Source: Felis catus (lineage: Eukaryota). From it: a DNA stretch of 64,000 nt. This document shows, in pieces, positions 24,973 to 37,955 of this stretch. Position 1 is the first letter of the stretch. The number at the start of each line of letters is the position of its first letter. The notes under the pieces were generated by a model. That model was not told the origin of the DNA. It made no database searches and saw only the letters and a list, made by a program, of their open reading frames with translations. The DNA is taken from positions 132,682,001-132,746,000 of the forward strand of contig NC_058368.1 in NCBI RefSeq assembly GCF_018350175.1, given 5' to 3'. The position numbers and the translations under genes were made by a program.

Positions 24973-25676
24973 AAAGAATAACCCAGGGAGATACCTGCAC
25001 AGTGTAGGAGAGGGAGAGACTGGAGTTTGGTGTTGGAGAAGGAAAGGGTATGGAGGCAGCAAATGTGACAGGCCCTCATGGAGCCCCAGCGCTAGGCAGT
25101 AAATGCACAGCTGATGGTAACTGTTACTGATTCCCTGTCATGGGGCTCCTCCCCACAGTTACCCACAGAAGTACCAGAATAGTGAGGTGGGGGCTGGGAG
25201 AGAAGGGCTGGAACCGTGCTCCCAAAGGCCAGACCCTACCACGCCTGCCCTCCTGCAGGCCATGGTTCCTACCTGCCAGGGGCGGCAACCAGTCTTCCAA
25301 CCCTCCCGTGCAGGGAGAAGTGCTGGAGGGCACTGGCAAGCAGAGTGAAGGAGAGCAAGGCAGACCACGACTCCACAGGGGTCCTCCTCACCAGAGACAG
25401 CCTAGAGAGGGTGGCAATGAAGACAGTAAGGAAAATCAAGATGAGACCCAGTGGCAGCAGCCACCTCAGGGTCACTGCCGATACAACTTCAGTGACCCAT
25501 ACAGACAACCAGAAAACCCTAAACCACAAGATGGCACGGAGACCACGGCAGCCAAATCTACAGGCTGAGAAGTAGTCTGCTGGCGGAGTAAATGCCGGCT
25601 TACCTTCTCTGCCATCATATGGTTTCATCCTTCCACAAGAAGTGAATATGAAATTCCAACGATAAGAAATGAACAA

Positions 25677-25875
25677 GGAGTACTGGGTAGCTCAGTCGGT
25701 TATGCATTTGGCTCAGGTCATGATCTCAGTTCATGAGTTTGAGTCCCGCATTGGGCTCTGTGCTGACGGCTCCGAGCCTGCAGCCTGCTTCAGATTCTGT
25801 CACTCTCTCCCTGCCCATGCCCTGCTTGTTCTCTGTCTCTCAAATGTAAAAATTAAAACATAAAAAAAAAAAAAA
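25677..25875 (+). mobile_element. Can-SINE inserted in the 3'UTR of the YBX1 pseudogene
   Basis: TSD AAGAAATG(A/G)ACAA at 25664-25676 and 25876-25888. Confidence 0.92.
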
Positions 25876-27574
25876 AAGAAATGGACAAAAGATTGGAGCT
25901 GAAGACCTGAAGTGCTTGCCTTTTGTCCATTGAACAGATAACTAAAACTTCTAATCTGCATTATCTATGCAACATGGGGTTTTTATTATTTTTACCTAAA
26001 GACATCTCTTTTTGGTAATGACCAATATATTTTTTTTTTAATTTAAGCCTGATTTTTCTCACTATGTCTTTAAAGCGTTTTAAACTGTTTTCCTATCTGG
26101 TCAAGTTGAGATTTTTAAGAACCTCATTTTTAATGTGTAATGAAAGTTTACAACTTGATTTTTTCAAAAAGTGATTTTTTCAAAAAGTCAACAGTTGGCA
26201 AGCGCCTGTTAATAAAGGTCTTAAATAATTTTTAAATAGTTAAAATGGCATATTTTACATTATATATGTTTTACCACAATTTTTTTTAAGTTTATTTGTT
26301 TTTTGAAAGAAAGAGCATGAGTGGGGAGGGGCAGAGAGAGGGGGACAGAGGATTCAAAGCAGGCTCCACGGCTCCATGCCGACAGCAGTGAGCTTGTCAC
26401 AGGGTTCAAACTCCCAAACTACCAGACCATGACCCAAGCCAAAATTGGACATTCAACCAACTGAGCCATCCAAGTGCCCCGGTTTTACACAATTTTTAAA
26501 GAAAGGTTTATTTGCCTTGCAACTAACAGTACATAGATGAGTGATCCACCCTGGAAGGGATAGTTCTGCAGTCCTCGCTATTGTGGCTTTTAAGGTCATC
26601 ATCGTCTGCATTTAACAGCTGGTGAGATAAGCCTCTATAAAGAGATGAGCCAGGAATTTCACTCATCACCTCATTGACAGTCCCTTGTCCCATTGTATAT
26701 CACGTGGCCACAACTAGTTTTAAGGAAGGTTAGGGAAGGCAGTCAGGGTACCATGTGTCCGGCAAAACCTCAGGAAATTCTATTATTATAAGAAAGAATG
26801 GGGGAGGGTATTTGGAGAAAATTGGCAGTCCAGAGAGGTCTGGGAAAACTGAAAAAGATGGAAGAAAAACTCAAACTAGTTAATTATATTTTTCCCTCCT
26901 GCCCCCTTCCTCAAACTAGTTAATTTTAGAACTTGAAGAATTACATTACGTGTTTCTCTTATCCATGTTTCCATACTTGAAGTTTTTTGTTGTTTTTGTT
27001 TTGTTACTTTAGAGCGTGTATGAACAGGGGAGAGGAGGAGAGAGAGAGAGAGAGAATCTTAAGCATGGCTCCATGCTCAGCACAGAGCCCAATGCAGGGC
27101 TTGATTTCATAACCCTGGGATCATGATCTGAGCCAAAATCAAGAGTCAGACGCTGAACTGACTATATGTAGTATTTGCTCTTGTACCAGGTACTTTTCTG
27201 TACACTTGACCTATATTCTTACTTGAATCTTCATTATCACACTGTGCCTTAGCTACTTTTATTATCCACATCTTACAAACGAAAAAATTAAGCTTGGAAA
27301 GGTTAAAGGACTTCTCAAAGGCTCAAATGGTGGAGCCTAATTATGAACCCAGGTAGACTAACCCCAGTGTGTGATCTTCTTTAGAAACATGTCTGTAAAT
27401 AAATTTGCTGATGTAATCATTGGGGGTAATTTTTCTTTAGCCCCAACATTTATTTGCTTTCTCCATGGGATTACTCTTCCTTTTGTTGTTAAAATAAATA
27501 AAGCAATATGATTATTTGTATTCTTAATACATACAGAAAGCAAAAAAAAAAAAAAAAATGTTTGTTATAATTTG

Positions 27575-28705
27575 AGACCAATCCCTGAAGCATTTGTAAG
27601 TGTAGAGAGTTCTACGGCATTAAGTCCATTCACATTGTTCTGCAACAATCACCACCATGTGTCTTCAGACTTGCTCATCTTTCTCATCTAAGACTCTGTC
27701 CCCATTAAACACTAACTCCGAATCCTCCTGCCCCCTCCCCGTGGCATCCGCTGTTCTACTTTTTGGCTCTATGAATTTGACTCCTCTAGGAACCTCGTGT
27801 AAGTGGAATCAGAATATTTATCCTTTTGTGACTGCCTTCTTTTACTTAGCATAATGTCTTCAAGGTTTATCCATATTTTAGCATGTGTTAAAATTTCTTT
27901 TCCTTTTTAAGATGGAATAATATTCCATTATACGTATATACCACATTTTCTTTTTTTTTTAATTTCTTTTTTTTTTAATGTTTATTTATCTTTGAGAGAG
28001 AGACAGAGCGTAAGCTGGGGATGGGTAGAGAGAGAGGGAGACACAGAATCCAAAGTGGGCTCCAGGCTCAAGCTATCAGCACAGAGCCCAACGCGGGACT
28101 TGAACTCACAAATGGCAAGGTCATGACCCGAGCTGAAGTCAGATGCTTAACCGACTGAGCCACCCAGATGCCCCTTTCTTCTTCGTCTTTTTTTTTATGT
28201 TTATTTTTGAGACAGACAGAGAGAAACAGAGTGCAAGTGGGGGAGGGGCAGAGAGAGACACACAGAATCTGAAGAGGCTCCAGGCTCCAAGCTGTCAACA
28301 TAGAGCCTGACGTGGGGCTTGAACTCACAAACTGTGAGATCATGACCTGAGCCGAAGTCAGACACTCAACTGACTAAGCCACCCAGGTGCCCCACATTTT
28401 CTTTTTCCATTCATCCACTGATGGACATTTGGGATGCTTTCACCACTTGACTAATATTCATATAATGCTGTAGTGAACACAGGTGTACAAATATCTGTTT
28501 GAGTGCTTGCTTCTGCTCTTTGGGATGTATACCCCCAAGTGAAATTGCTGTATCATATGGTAATTATGTGTTTAATTTTTTGAGGAATTGCAATACTGTT
28601 TTCCATAGCAGCTATACTTTTTACATTCACATCAGTAATACACAGAGTTTCGAAATTCTTCACATCCTCATTAATACTATTTTTTAAATAGCCATACTAT
28701 ATGTG
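27575..28705 (-). mobile_element. Old L1 3' region (L1MA/MB-like) containing two SINEs (~27950-28393)
   Basis: Reverse L1 motifs (cattcacattgttctgcaacaatcaccacc; ccattcatccactgatggacatttggg; ttttttgaggaattgcaatactgttttccatagc). Confidence 0.85.
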
Positions 28706-29546
28706 AAGTTAAAGTGACAAATTTACATATATATATATGTATATATATTTAACCACCAAAAAAACAGCTTAATATACATATACATTTGTTATAGTCTTGT
28801 CAATGAAATTAAATGTGGAATCACTGTGGTCCTTAAGAATACATTTTAATACATTTTAACTCTTTTTTTTTTAATGTTTGTTTATTTTTGAGAGACAGAG
28901 TGCGAGCATCTGAGGGGCAGAGAGAGAGGGAGACACAGAATCCAAAGCAGGCTCTAGGCTCTGAGCTGTCAGCACAGAGCCTGATTCAGGGCTCAAACTC
29001 ACAAATCATGAGATCATGACCTGAGCCGAAGTCAGACACTTAACCTACATCCTACACCCTAATACATTTTAACTCTTAAGTTTACAGTACCTAAAATTTT
29101 ATTAAGACCTCATAGGTGTCCCCTGAGGCTTAAAAAGTCAATTATTTCAGAAATAAAATTGGATCATGAATTTTTTTTAAAAATATTTATTTTTGAGAGA
29201 GAGAGAGCACAAGCAGGGGAGGGGCAGAAAAAGAGAGGGAGATACAGAATCCAAAGCAGGCTCCAGGCTCTGAGCTGTCAGCACAAAGTCCGATGCAGGG
29301 CTCAAACCCATGAATTGTGAGATAATGACCTGAGCTGAAGTTGGACCTTTAACTGAGCCATCGAGGTACCCCTGGATCATGAATTTTAAAAATGTCTGTA
29401 ACACTGAAATGGAGTAATTTATTACAAGGTTGAGATGGTCTAAAAATATTTGACAGTTTACCAACCCCAAAACACATGTAATAACTTCCTTTTAGTTCTT
29501 TGGATCCAGTGAATTATTAATCTTTGTTTTTGTTGTTTATTACCAG

Positions 29547-29682
29547 GAAAACACCTTAATTCTGCAGCAGCTACTCCCACTGCGGGCCAAGGTAGCCAAA
29601 CTCCTCGGCTACAGCACACATGCTGACTTTGTCCTTGAAATGAACACTGCAAAGAGTACAAGCCATGTAACAGCCTTTCTAG
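29547..29682 (+). CDS. NLN: Neurolysin exon 7 (136 bp)
   Basis: taccAG...CTAG|gttggg; [45 protein letters not shown](D). Confidence 0.97.
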
Positions 29683-30625
29683 GTTGGGTCTCTTTTAAAT
29701 CTGTTTTGTATTTCCATTTTTCTTTGTCTTTGAGTGTTGAACTGTATTTGGCTAACTGTGTATGTTCTTATTATGTATTTATCCTTTACTCTTTGTCACA
29801 TATGTAAGATAAATGTGTGTTTGGTCCTGTAGGGGACATGGCAATTTGAAAGGGAGCCCCAGAGTATAAGGTGAAGCCAACAGCATGAGGAATGCTGTAA
29901 GGAGAAAGAAGGAAACTTATGGAGTATACAAAGCGATACAGTTCTGACTAAAACTGTGAGAGAGTGTGTGAATACAGGCGGCAAGAGGGTAACTCAGATG
30001 GGAATATGCCAATTTTAAATTAAAATAAATTAGGGAGAAATTAAAATAGAATTAACCACAGTATATAAATTGTGGCATCCATCTAAAAAGTGGAATTGCT
30101 AAAAGTGTCCAATTAGACGTTCTTCATAGGAAGGGATTAGTGATAAACCCATGGCTGTTTAGGCGTTGAGTAGTTTTTACTAATAGTGATCCCAGGTCAC
30201 ATCTGATTTATTTTCCCTGGCTTTTTCAGGAGTCTAATCTCATTGAAGAATAATCATGTATATGAGCTGGTTGCACTATTGTTTTGTTTCCTGAATTATA
30301 ACACTCTGGAGTCAGAGTTCTCTGAGATAAACTTGAGCTTTGTTGATGGTGTGAGGAAGTTGTGGCCTGGTTTGGCTGGTGCTAAAAAAAAAAAATGGGA
30401 GGGCAAGGAGCCATGAAATAAATTACCCTGAAAAGAACAGCCGTGCTGTCATAACAGAGCCTGCTATCCATCCCTCCCTCCCTCTTTCCTTCCGCCCTTC
30501 CTTGCTCCCAATTATCTGTATCAAGTATTCAAAGCAGGAAGCACCATGCTAAAACAGCAGTATATGTATGAATGTGCTTGCTCCCAGAAGCAGTAAATCA
30601 CTGACTTTTCTCACTTCCCTCACAG

Positions 30626-30992
30626 ATGATTTAAGCCAGAAATTAAAACCCTTGGGTGAGGCAGAGCGAGAGTTTATTTTGAATTTGAAGAAAAAGGAAT
30701 GTGAAGAGACAGGTTTTGAATACGATGGGAAAATCAACGCCTGGGATCTCCATTACTACATGACTCAGACTGAAGAACTCAAGTATTCCATAGATCAAGA
30801 GATACTCAAGGAATACTTCCCAATTGAAGTGGTCACTGAAGGCTTACTCAACATCTACCAGGAGTTGTTGGGGCTTTCATTTGAGCAAGTGGCAGATGCT
30901 CACGTGTGGAATACAAGTGTTACACTTTACACTGTGAAGGATAAAGCCACAGGAGAAGTACTGGGACAGTTCTACTTGGACCTCTATCCAAG
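30626..30992 (+). CDS. NLN: Neurolysin exon 8 (367 bp)
   Basis: ctcacAG...CCAAG|gtactg; (D)[25 protein letters not shown]...[12 protein letters not shown](R). Confidence 0.98.
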
Positions 30993-31089
30993 GTACTGAG
31001 GATCACGTTGTTGGAAGGAAGGGACCTTAGGGATTCAGTTCCTACCCAGATTAAGACTCTTGTCTTCCAGAGTTCTCTTGTGTGGTTCT

Positions 31090-31640
31090 CCGTAATGTGA
31101 GTAGAGATACAGGCTCTGAAGCCAGAGAGTCTGGCTCCGACACTTACTAGGCAACTTACTTAATGTTCCTGTGCCTCAGTTTCTTTACCTGTATTATAGG
31201 TCCGATAAAACAGGAATGTTACTTCTACCTGCTTTGTAGGGTTGGAAGGATAAAATGATTAATCACATGCAAAACATTAATTGGAAGACTACCCAGCATA
31301 TAGCAATTGCAGCAATTTGCAGCTGTTATCATCATTATCATCATCATCTAGTTTGTGTACTATACTTACTTAATTTTAAATTGGCCCCCAAAATATTTGT
31401 TATTCAGGTAATCTGTCTGCCAGTACTCTTCAGTCTGTGGCCACTTCCCTGAGTCTGGCTGAGAGGCAGCATAATACAGTAAGAATACCACAGTCTTTGT
31501 AGTCATTCAAATTGAGTTGGGATGCTTAAGTGACTTAATCTCTTTGAGACTCCATCTCTTCCTCTGTAGTATGGGGCTGGTGATCCCTTTATAGGATTGT
31601 TCTGTGCATCAGGCTGTATATGCATATCACCCAGGCTAGG
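31090..31640. mobile_element. MIR remnants (others near 7780-7900, 27200-27365, 38780-39000, 43190-43380, 54050-54230)
   Basis: MIR core motifs, e.g. ctgtgcctcagtttctttacctgta and ggcaagttacttcacctccttgagcc. Confidence 0.7.
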
Positions 31641-33602
31641 TATTCAGCCAATGTTAAGAATTCAAAATACTATCTCTGAAACGTAGTAACTATGGACTCT
31701 GTTTCATCAGACATGAAAGGATTTGAATCACATTCTCTCTAGGGTGCTTTCTTTTTTTTGTTTTTAACATTTTTTTAATGTTTATTTATTTTGAGAGGTG
31801 GGGGAGGGGCAGAGAGTGGGAGACACAGAACCTGTAGCAGGCTCCAGGCTCTGAGCCCAATGCGGGGCTCAAACCCGCAAACCATGAGATCATGACCTGA
31901 GCCAAAGTCGGATGTTTAACTGACTGAGCCACCCAGGCGCCCCTCTAAGCTCCTTTCTAAACCAAAGCCAGCCTGTTAACCAATTACCAATTCATCTTAC
32001 TAAATAGGCCAAAGGAAATTACAGTATCCCCCTACTTGAGCAGCATAAACAAGTTTTTAATCCACAGACTTTAGGTGACTTTAGGTAGCTGCTGGGAAGG
32101 AGGCTGAATAACTATGCCATTCAGACAAGTGGACGGACAGTGATGTCTTATCCCAATGTTTTATGGACTTAATTTCACTTTTGATATGGTTTAAAAATAA
32201 GCCCTTGTCAAATGTAGATGGATCTATTTTTAATTGAAGAGTGTCAGCATACAGTTTTAAGCAAGAATTCTTTCAGGAGAGATCCTTCAACCTTGGCGTC
32301 TTCTGTAACTGTCCCCAAATTCTACTTCCAGTGTCAAAGTTAGCAGTTCTTGCCACCCCATCCTGCTGTCTCCCTGCCAACATATCATTGATTTCTTTCA
32401 TACTCTAATATCTGGCCATTCCTACCAGCACTGGTATGGGGATCAGAAGCTGATCTCTTGTGAAAGTAGTGACCTACTTAATATTCACTTCCTGTCACCT
32501 TCTTGTCACTCCATAAAAGTAAGATAGGGTAATTTGTGTTGTGACTCAAAAAAGGATTTTTGGAATAGGTCTAAGAAAGACCAGTTACTTTTTTTTAATC
32601 ACATTTCAATTTTTTTCATTGAATACTGAGATTTTCAAAAGAAAAACAAAAGTATTCTGATGGTTCCGATAGAAGATGCCTGATAAGGAAAGGACATTTT
32701 TTTTTAAATCCACATCATTTTATAAACAATATGTGAAAAGGCAAAACCTCAGAACAAAGAATCCCTTAAAATTAAATGTGTCAAGTTTATTTTTTAAAAG
32801 GAAAGATTAAAAACCCCTCAATGGCACTGATTTTTAAATTGATAGAAAATCTTTGATTTTAAGCTATTCTTATACTTTAAAAATTCTCCAAATATCTCAA
32901 CCCTTGTCTCTCTAACATAGTAGCACTGACATTACTCTCAAATTAGGAATACTTTGGAGGGGGTGTGGGGAGGATACGTTTTTAGCCTTTCATAATGTAC
33001 CAAGAGGTATAAAATATAACAGGGTATACATGTTCCAGATTACTTTAGTTATTTTTCCCCCGTTAAAAATAAGATTTACGGATCTCTTTATGCATTTCCA
33101 ACTAACTACACAAAATTCTTCCAGAAACACTGATTAACCCATTGAACAACCAGAAGGTTGGCTGGATGAAAATTTTATGACATTCGTTGTGCAGTTTCTG
33201 GTGTACATGTTCATGGGTTCTCTCCCCTCCTCTCTCTGCCTTCCCTTCCCATGTCCCTGCTCAGGGATGATTCAGCCTGTTCAGTGGTCCCGCCCCACCC
33301 TCAGTGATATGTCTGGGTCTACACTATCTCCCTGTCCTTCCTTCAGAAGTAGAGGTTTGTTTCTCTTCTCTTTCCCAGTGGCAGTGGGTTTTCACCAGTG
33401 CTGATAGGACAACAGGGTTTGTTGCCTTTCCTCCCAGAAGGCAGTGCTTCATTCCTTTATCAAGGTAGAGGCTCCCTATCCCCAGGCCTACATCAAGACT
33501 GATGCTGTCTCAGGGCTGTCATCCTGCTACCGTCCTTTTGTCTGCGTCCAGGGAGAAGACCCTGCAAATGGCTATATTAGCTATATTATTTATATATGTA
33601 TT

Positions 33603-33605
<3 letters not shown>

Positions 33606-33666
<61 letters not shown>
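33606..33666. repeat. (TA)n microsatellite, about 30 units
   Basis: Direct reading. Confidence 0.98.
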
Positions 33667-33669
<3 letters not shown>

Positions 33670-34977
33670 CCAGTGTCTCCCTGTTTTGCTGGCCCACGAT
33701 GGCCTTTAACAGTTTTTTTTTTTTTTTTTTTATAAATTTGTGTTTGTTTGTTTATTTTGAGAGAGAGCGAGCAAGCAGGGGAGGGGCAGAAAGAGAGGGA
33801 GAGAGAAAGAATCCTAAGCAGGCTCTGAGGTGTCAGCACTGCGCCCAGTGTGGGGCTCGAACAAACAAACCGAGAGATGTAACCTGAGCCGAAACCAAGA
33901 GTCAGCCACTTAACCGACTGAGCCACCCAGGTGCCCCTAACAATTTGTTGAAAGACTTTTCTCACTGGTGTTTGCAGTATTTGCCCCAGGTGAAAAAATG
34001 CTTGCTTCCTCACTTCCTGTCTCCTTAAAGTCATCTGTCTTAGATGGTGAGTTAGTTGATTGCCTTCCGATTTCTGATAAATTCAAGGAAAGTTGTGATT
34101 TGAAGATTGTGCAGCATATTGTTATACAGATATAGGAACAACACACTTTTCAGCTTTATACCTCATAATAGAAAGCTGGAAAAGGCTAGTTTTATTTTAT
34201 TTTATTTTTTTAATTGAATGACATCAGTGGGGCGGGGGGGGGGGGGGAAGACGAGTAGTCACCAAGTAAAGATAAAACAAAAAAATGTATGTATAAATCA
34301 AAGCAAATCAAATTAAAAGTTCTACCCCAAACCTGAAAGTACCATTAGTTTTCTGAGGAAAAAAAAAAAAAAAAAAGTAGAAGAAGGAAGCCTACTTCTA
34401 GAATAAAGTCCAGTTGCACATAGCTTTTGGAGAGACCATCACTGATACCCCATTGTCCAAGAATAGACCACTTTATAGTATAACTTATGCTTTTTGCTAA
34501 GCTAACTAAAAGTATTCTATTTCAAAAAGTCCTGACTAGTTTATAAAAGGAGCTCATTTAATTGTGAATACTTATTCTTCCTTCCTTGAATAAAAGGAAA
34601 AACCTTATTGTCTGGTATTTGGTTTTTATCAATTCTAACTTTAAGAAAAAACTACCTAGTGTATCAGACTATATCTTTTACCTCAAGCTTGCTTCAACAG
34701 TTTAGTGTTTAGTGACACCATCTTTGAAGAAGAAAAGCAAGATCCCATTAAAATAAATTAAACACTGAGCTCTACAGTAGGTGTGGTGTATATTCTTAAT
34801 TCTTACATTAAGATTTTTCAACAGAAGAAACCTTGGCGATATAACTCATGTGAAGTGATAGTGGGGTTTTTGTTTGCTTAGTTTTAGTTTGTCCATTTTA
34901 ATAAAATGCTGACCTACTTTCTAAAGGGTGGATTACATGTTCCAAAGTGTCCTCTGGTATCAAATAAGACTTAATGA

Positions 34978-35319
<342 letters not shown>

Positions 35320-36477
35320 TAGTTTCCTCCCTTACATGTTTTTTCAAAAGCTGAATATGCTCAAGAATTTCATAGGCCTTCTGTAAAAACATGAAATTTT
35401 TCTTATTGTGTCCTCTTTAACACCAGATTTTTACTAGGAATTTAATTCACTGATCAAAGAGCTCACTGAAGACCACCCTGCAGAAGAAAAAGAAGGAAGA
35501 CTTATCATTAAGGGTTACAAATACTGTGTTTTTTTCTTTTCATTCTTTTCTTCTGCATAGGAATTTAGTGTAAGCTTCACAGATAAACTATGCTGTAATC
35601 TGTCTCTTCCACTTACTAATGCTTTGTTTAGTTCAGTGGTTTAGTGGTTTTCAATGGTCTCAGACTCAACTCTTTTTTTTAATAATAAATTATGTTGAAA
35701 CACCTTCCATTACTAGCTTCAAATCAAAATCATAGGTAATATACTATAACCATGGGGAGACTTTGCGAAGAAGCGCATGTGGGTATGTGCAGTAGATTGT
35801 AACTCATTTCTCTTTACTTATGAAAATGAAAAGTACAGTTTTTCTCAGCTGTGTAATACAGTTTGGTAAACTCGCCCCACACTATTCTAGGATAAACCAT
35901 ATGAACTTGTTCGTATTTAGCTGTTATTTGACATATGAAAACATCAAGTTAGTAGTTCAACCTAACAGTTTAGAAAACTGATGTTAACAGAAATGGAGGA
36001 ACAGTTTTCCAAATTCGAAATCTCTATGCATCTCTAAAGGTAAACTTGTTAATAAGAAATTTTTGGTTAGAATAATTTCATATTTACAGAAAACTTGCGA
36101 AAATAGTATAAAAATTGCCCAGGTATCCCTCACCTTATTTCCTCTACTGTTAACATCTAATGTTATTGTAATACATTTGTCACAACCAAGAAGCCAATAT
36201 TGCTACAGTACTCCTAACTATACTCAGCACTTTATTTGGATTTTACTTTTTTTCCCTAACAGCCTTTCTCCCTACAAAGAATTTTTTAAATTGATATAAT
36301 GTCCTCACTGAACATAAAAGAAATACATTTTTATGTTTTCCAAATAGTAATGCCTGGATATGGCTATATAGTAAGACATAATGAAGTATTCATTATGAAT
36401 AAAATCCAGTAGCAGAAACTACAGAGTGATAAATATGGTTTGTGCTGTCAATTCAGGTCCTAGAATGGTATTGCCAA

Positions 36478-36843
36478 ATGTCTTGGTTCAGGTTACTATA
36501 GTAGAATACCATAGACTAGGTGGCTTATAAGCAACAGAAATTTATTTCTTAGTCAGTTCCAGAGGCTAAAAGACCAAGATCATGGTGCTGGCAGATTTGG
36601 TGTCTGGTGAGAACCTGCTTTCTGGTTCAGAGATGGTGCCTTCTCACTATGTCTTCACATGGTGGAGAGGGCAGGGGAGCTCCCTGGGATCTCTCTTGTA
36701 AGGACACTAAATCCCACTAATGGAGGCTCTACCTTCATGACCTAAGTACCTCCCAAAGGCCTTATTTCCTACCATCACATTGGAGGTTACGTTTTAACAT
36801 ATGAATGGGGGATCAGAGAGACATTTCATATTGGTCACTAGCA
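36478..36843 (-). mobile_element. MLT1A-like MaLR solo LTR
   Basis: tgtcttggttcaggttactatagtagaataccatagactaggtggcttataagcaacagaaatttatttct...catcacattggaggttacgttttaacatatgaat. Confidence 0.85.
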
Positions 36844-37879
36844 CCAGTGGTGACATGATTTTCCAATGTGGTGAGCATCTCTTGGGAAACTTCTAAACAA
36901 AAAAGCAGTCTTACTTTGATTTACACAGTTGATCCCAGTAAGGAGTCCTGGAAATTAAAAGTGGGTAAAAAATAATTTACAGAAATATGTGCAATAGAGT
37001 TGGTGTCTGGGCTCACTTAATTATAGATTTTTCACTTGTGTGAATATCCAGTAGGATATATGAATGGCCTGCAGCATATGGGACCTTTTTTTTTTTTTTT
37101 AATTTTCCTGGTATGTACAATTCAGTCCTGGACATCTAGCATCCCCAGCTCTCAAAACTGCTCCTAATCATTATAATGACTAAAAATGTACCTACTTAAT
37201 TCCAAAATTCCACTGTCACTATTGTTAAAAAAAACTGTTTAGTTGTTTCAACATTTTATCCTTACATTCTGGTATTTCCGTGTTAAAAAAAAAAACATAG
37301 GGAAATAAGATATGCATCTGTTCAGGTAAAAAAGTCCTTATATACTGATATAGCCATTTCTATCCTGTGTTCAAGCCAAGGAAAGGAAATCTTTCAGAAT
37401 AAACTAAATTTTCTTTCTCATAGTCTTAAAGTACTTTCACAGCTATAGGGATCCTGGAAATATTTATTTTCAGTCAGTGTCCATTTTCTGGCTGACATTT
37501 CCTTTAATTAGGATAAGTCTAGTTTTCGTTTCTCTAAAATGTTGTAATGAATAATGTATATTTTAATTATATTGATATAATTATTGATATACATCTATGA
37601 ATATATAATATATACATGAGTCAGTATATGTACTCATATACTGATGATAGTATATATGATGATGACAGTGTTCGTATATGGTGTCTCTTGAAACAGTGGA
37701 CTATATTCAATTCTTGGAGTTTGCCTAACCTCCTCCATGAACACAAAATGTGTCATATAGTTAAATAGTATGTAGTACAATCCCTTGATCGGTCATCTCC
37801 TCACAAGATTATCTTTGAAAAAAATCTCTATTTGTCTTTTAATTCTTTCAAGTGTCCTGTAATGTTTTAAGAACTTTTA

Positions 37880-37955
37880 AAGATAATAATGTTGAATTAC
37901 CGTGTTGTACACCTGATATTAATATTATATGTCCACTACACATCAATTAAAAAAA
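37880..37955 (+). mobile_element. Very short L1 3'-terminal stub
   Basis: gtgttgtacacctgatattaatattatatgtc..tcaattaaaaaa; TSD AAGAACTTTTA at 37869-37879 and 37956-37966. Confidence 0.75.

Larger units (their letters stand above)
24401..26239 (+). pseudogene. YBX1: YBX1 (Y-box binding protein 1) processed pseudogene, near full length, interrupted by two SINEs
   Basis: Intronless. Recognisable 5'UTR (CAGAGAGCCCTGAGCAGCCC...AGTCACCATCAC), start codon decayed to ACA (24520), cold-shock domain remnant (VITTKIFGTVKWF..GFINRNETKEDAF..QTAIKNNP), C-terminal remnant ([28 protein letters not shown]), TAA at 25589, 3'UTR ending AATAAAGGTCTTAAATAA; TSD core TTAAAATGG at 24392-24400 and 26240-26248. Confidence 0.95.
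24224..26283 (+). mobile_element. Old L1MB-like 3' end (24224-24400 plus 26249-26283), split by the YBX1 retrocopy
   Basis: gaaaagttttggaaacagatagtagtagtggttgcacaa...actgaattgtacactgaaaaatgtttaaaatgg continuing as catattttacattatatatgttttaccacaat. Confidence 0.85.
22510..26835 (-). mobile_element. MaLR (MLT1J-like) provirus remnant: LTR ~22510-22903, internal ~22904-24138, second LTR ~24139-24223 plus ~26500-26835
   Basis: Two diverged direct copies (e.g. cagggaattctattaccaaaaaaggaaga at ~22832 and caggaaattctattattataagaaaga at ~26771); MaLR internal/LTR junction motif tatagcagtaccctattcctaatatc|tgt. Confidence 0.75.

Noticed and set aside
25140..25568. 142-aa ORF with YBX1-like C-terminal segments
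   Set aside because: Non-ATG start, frameshifted mosaic and no cold-shock domain; a pseudogene remnant, not a retrogene
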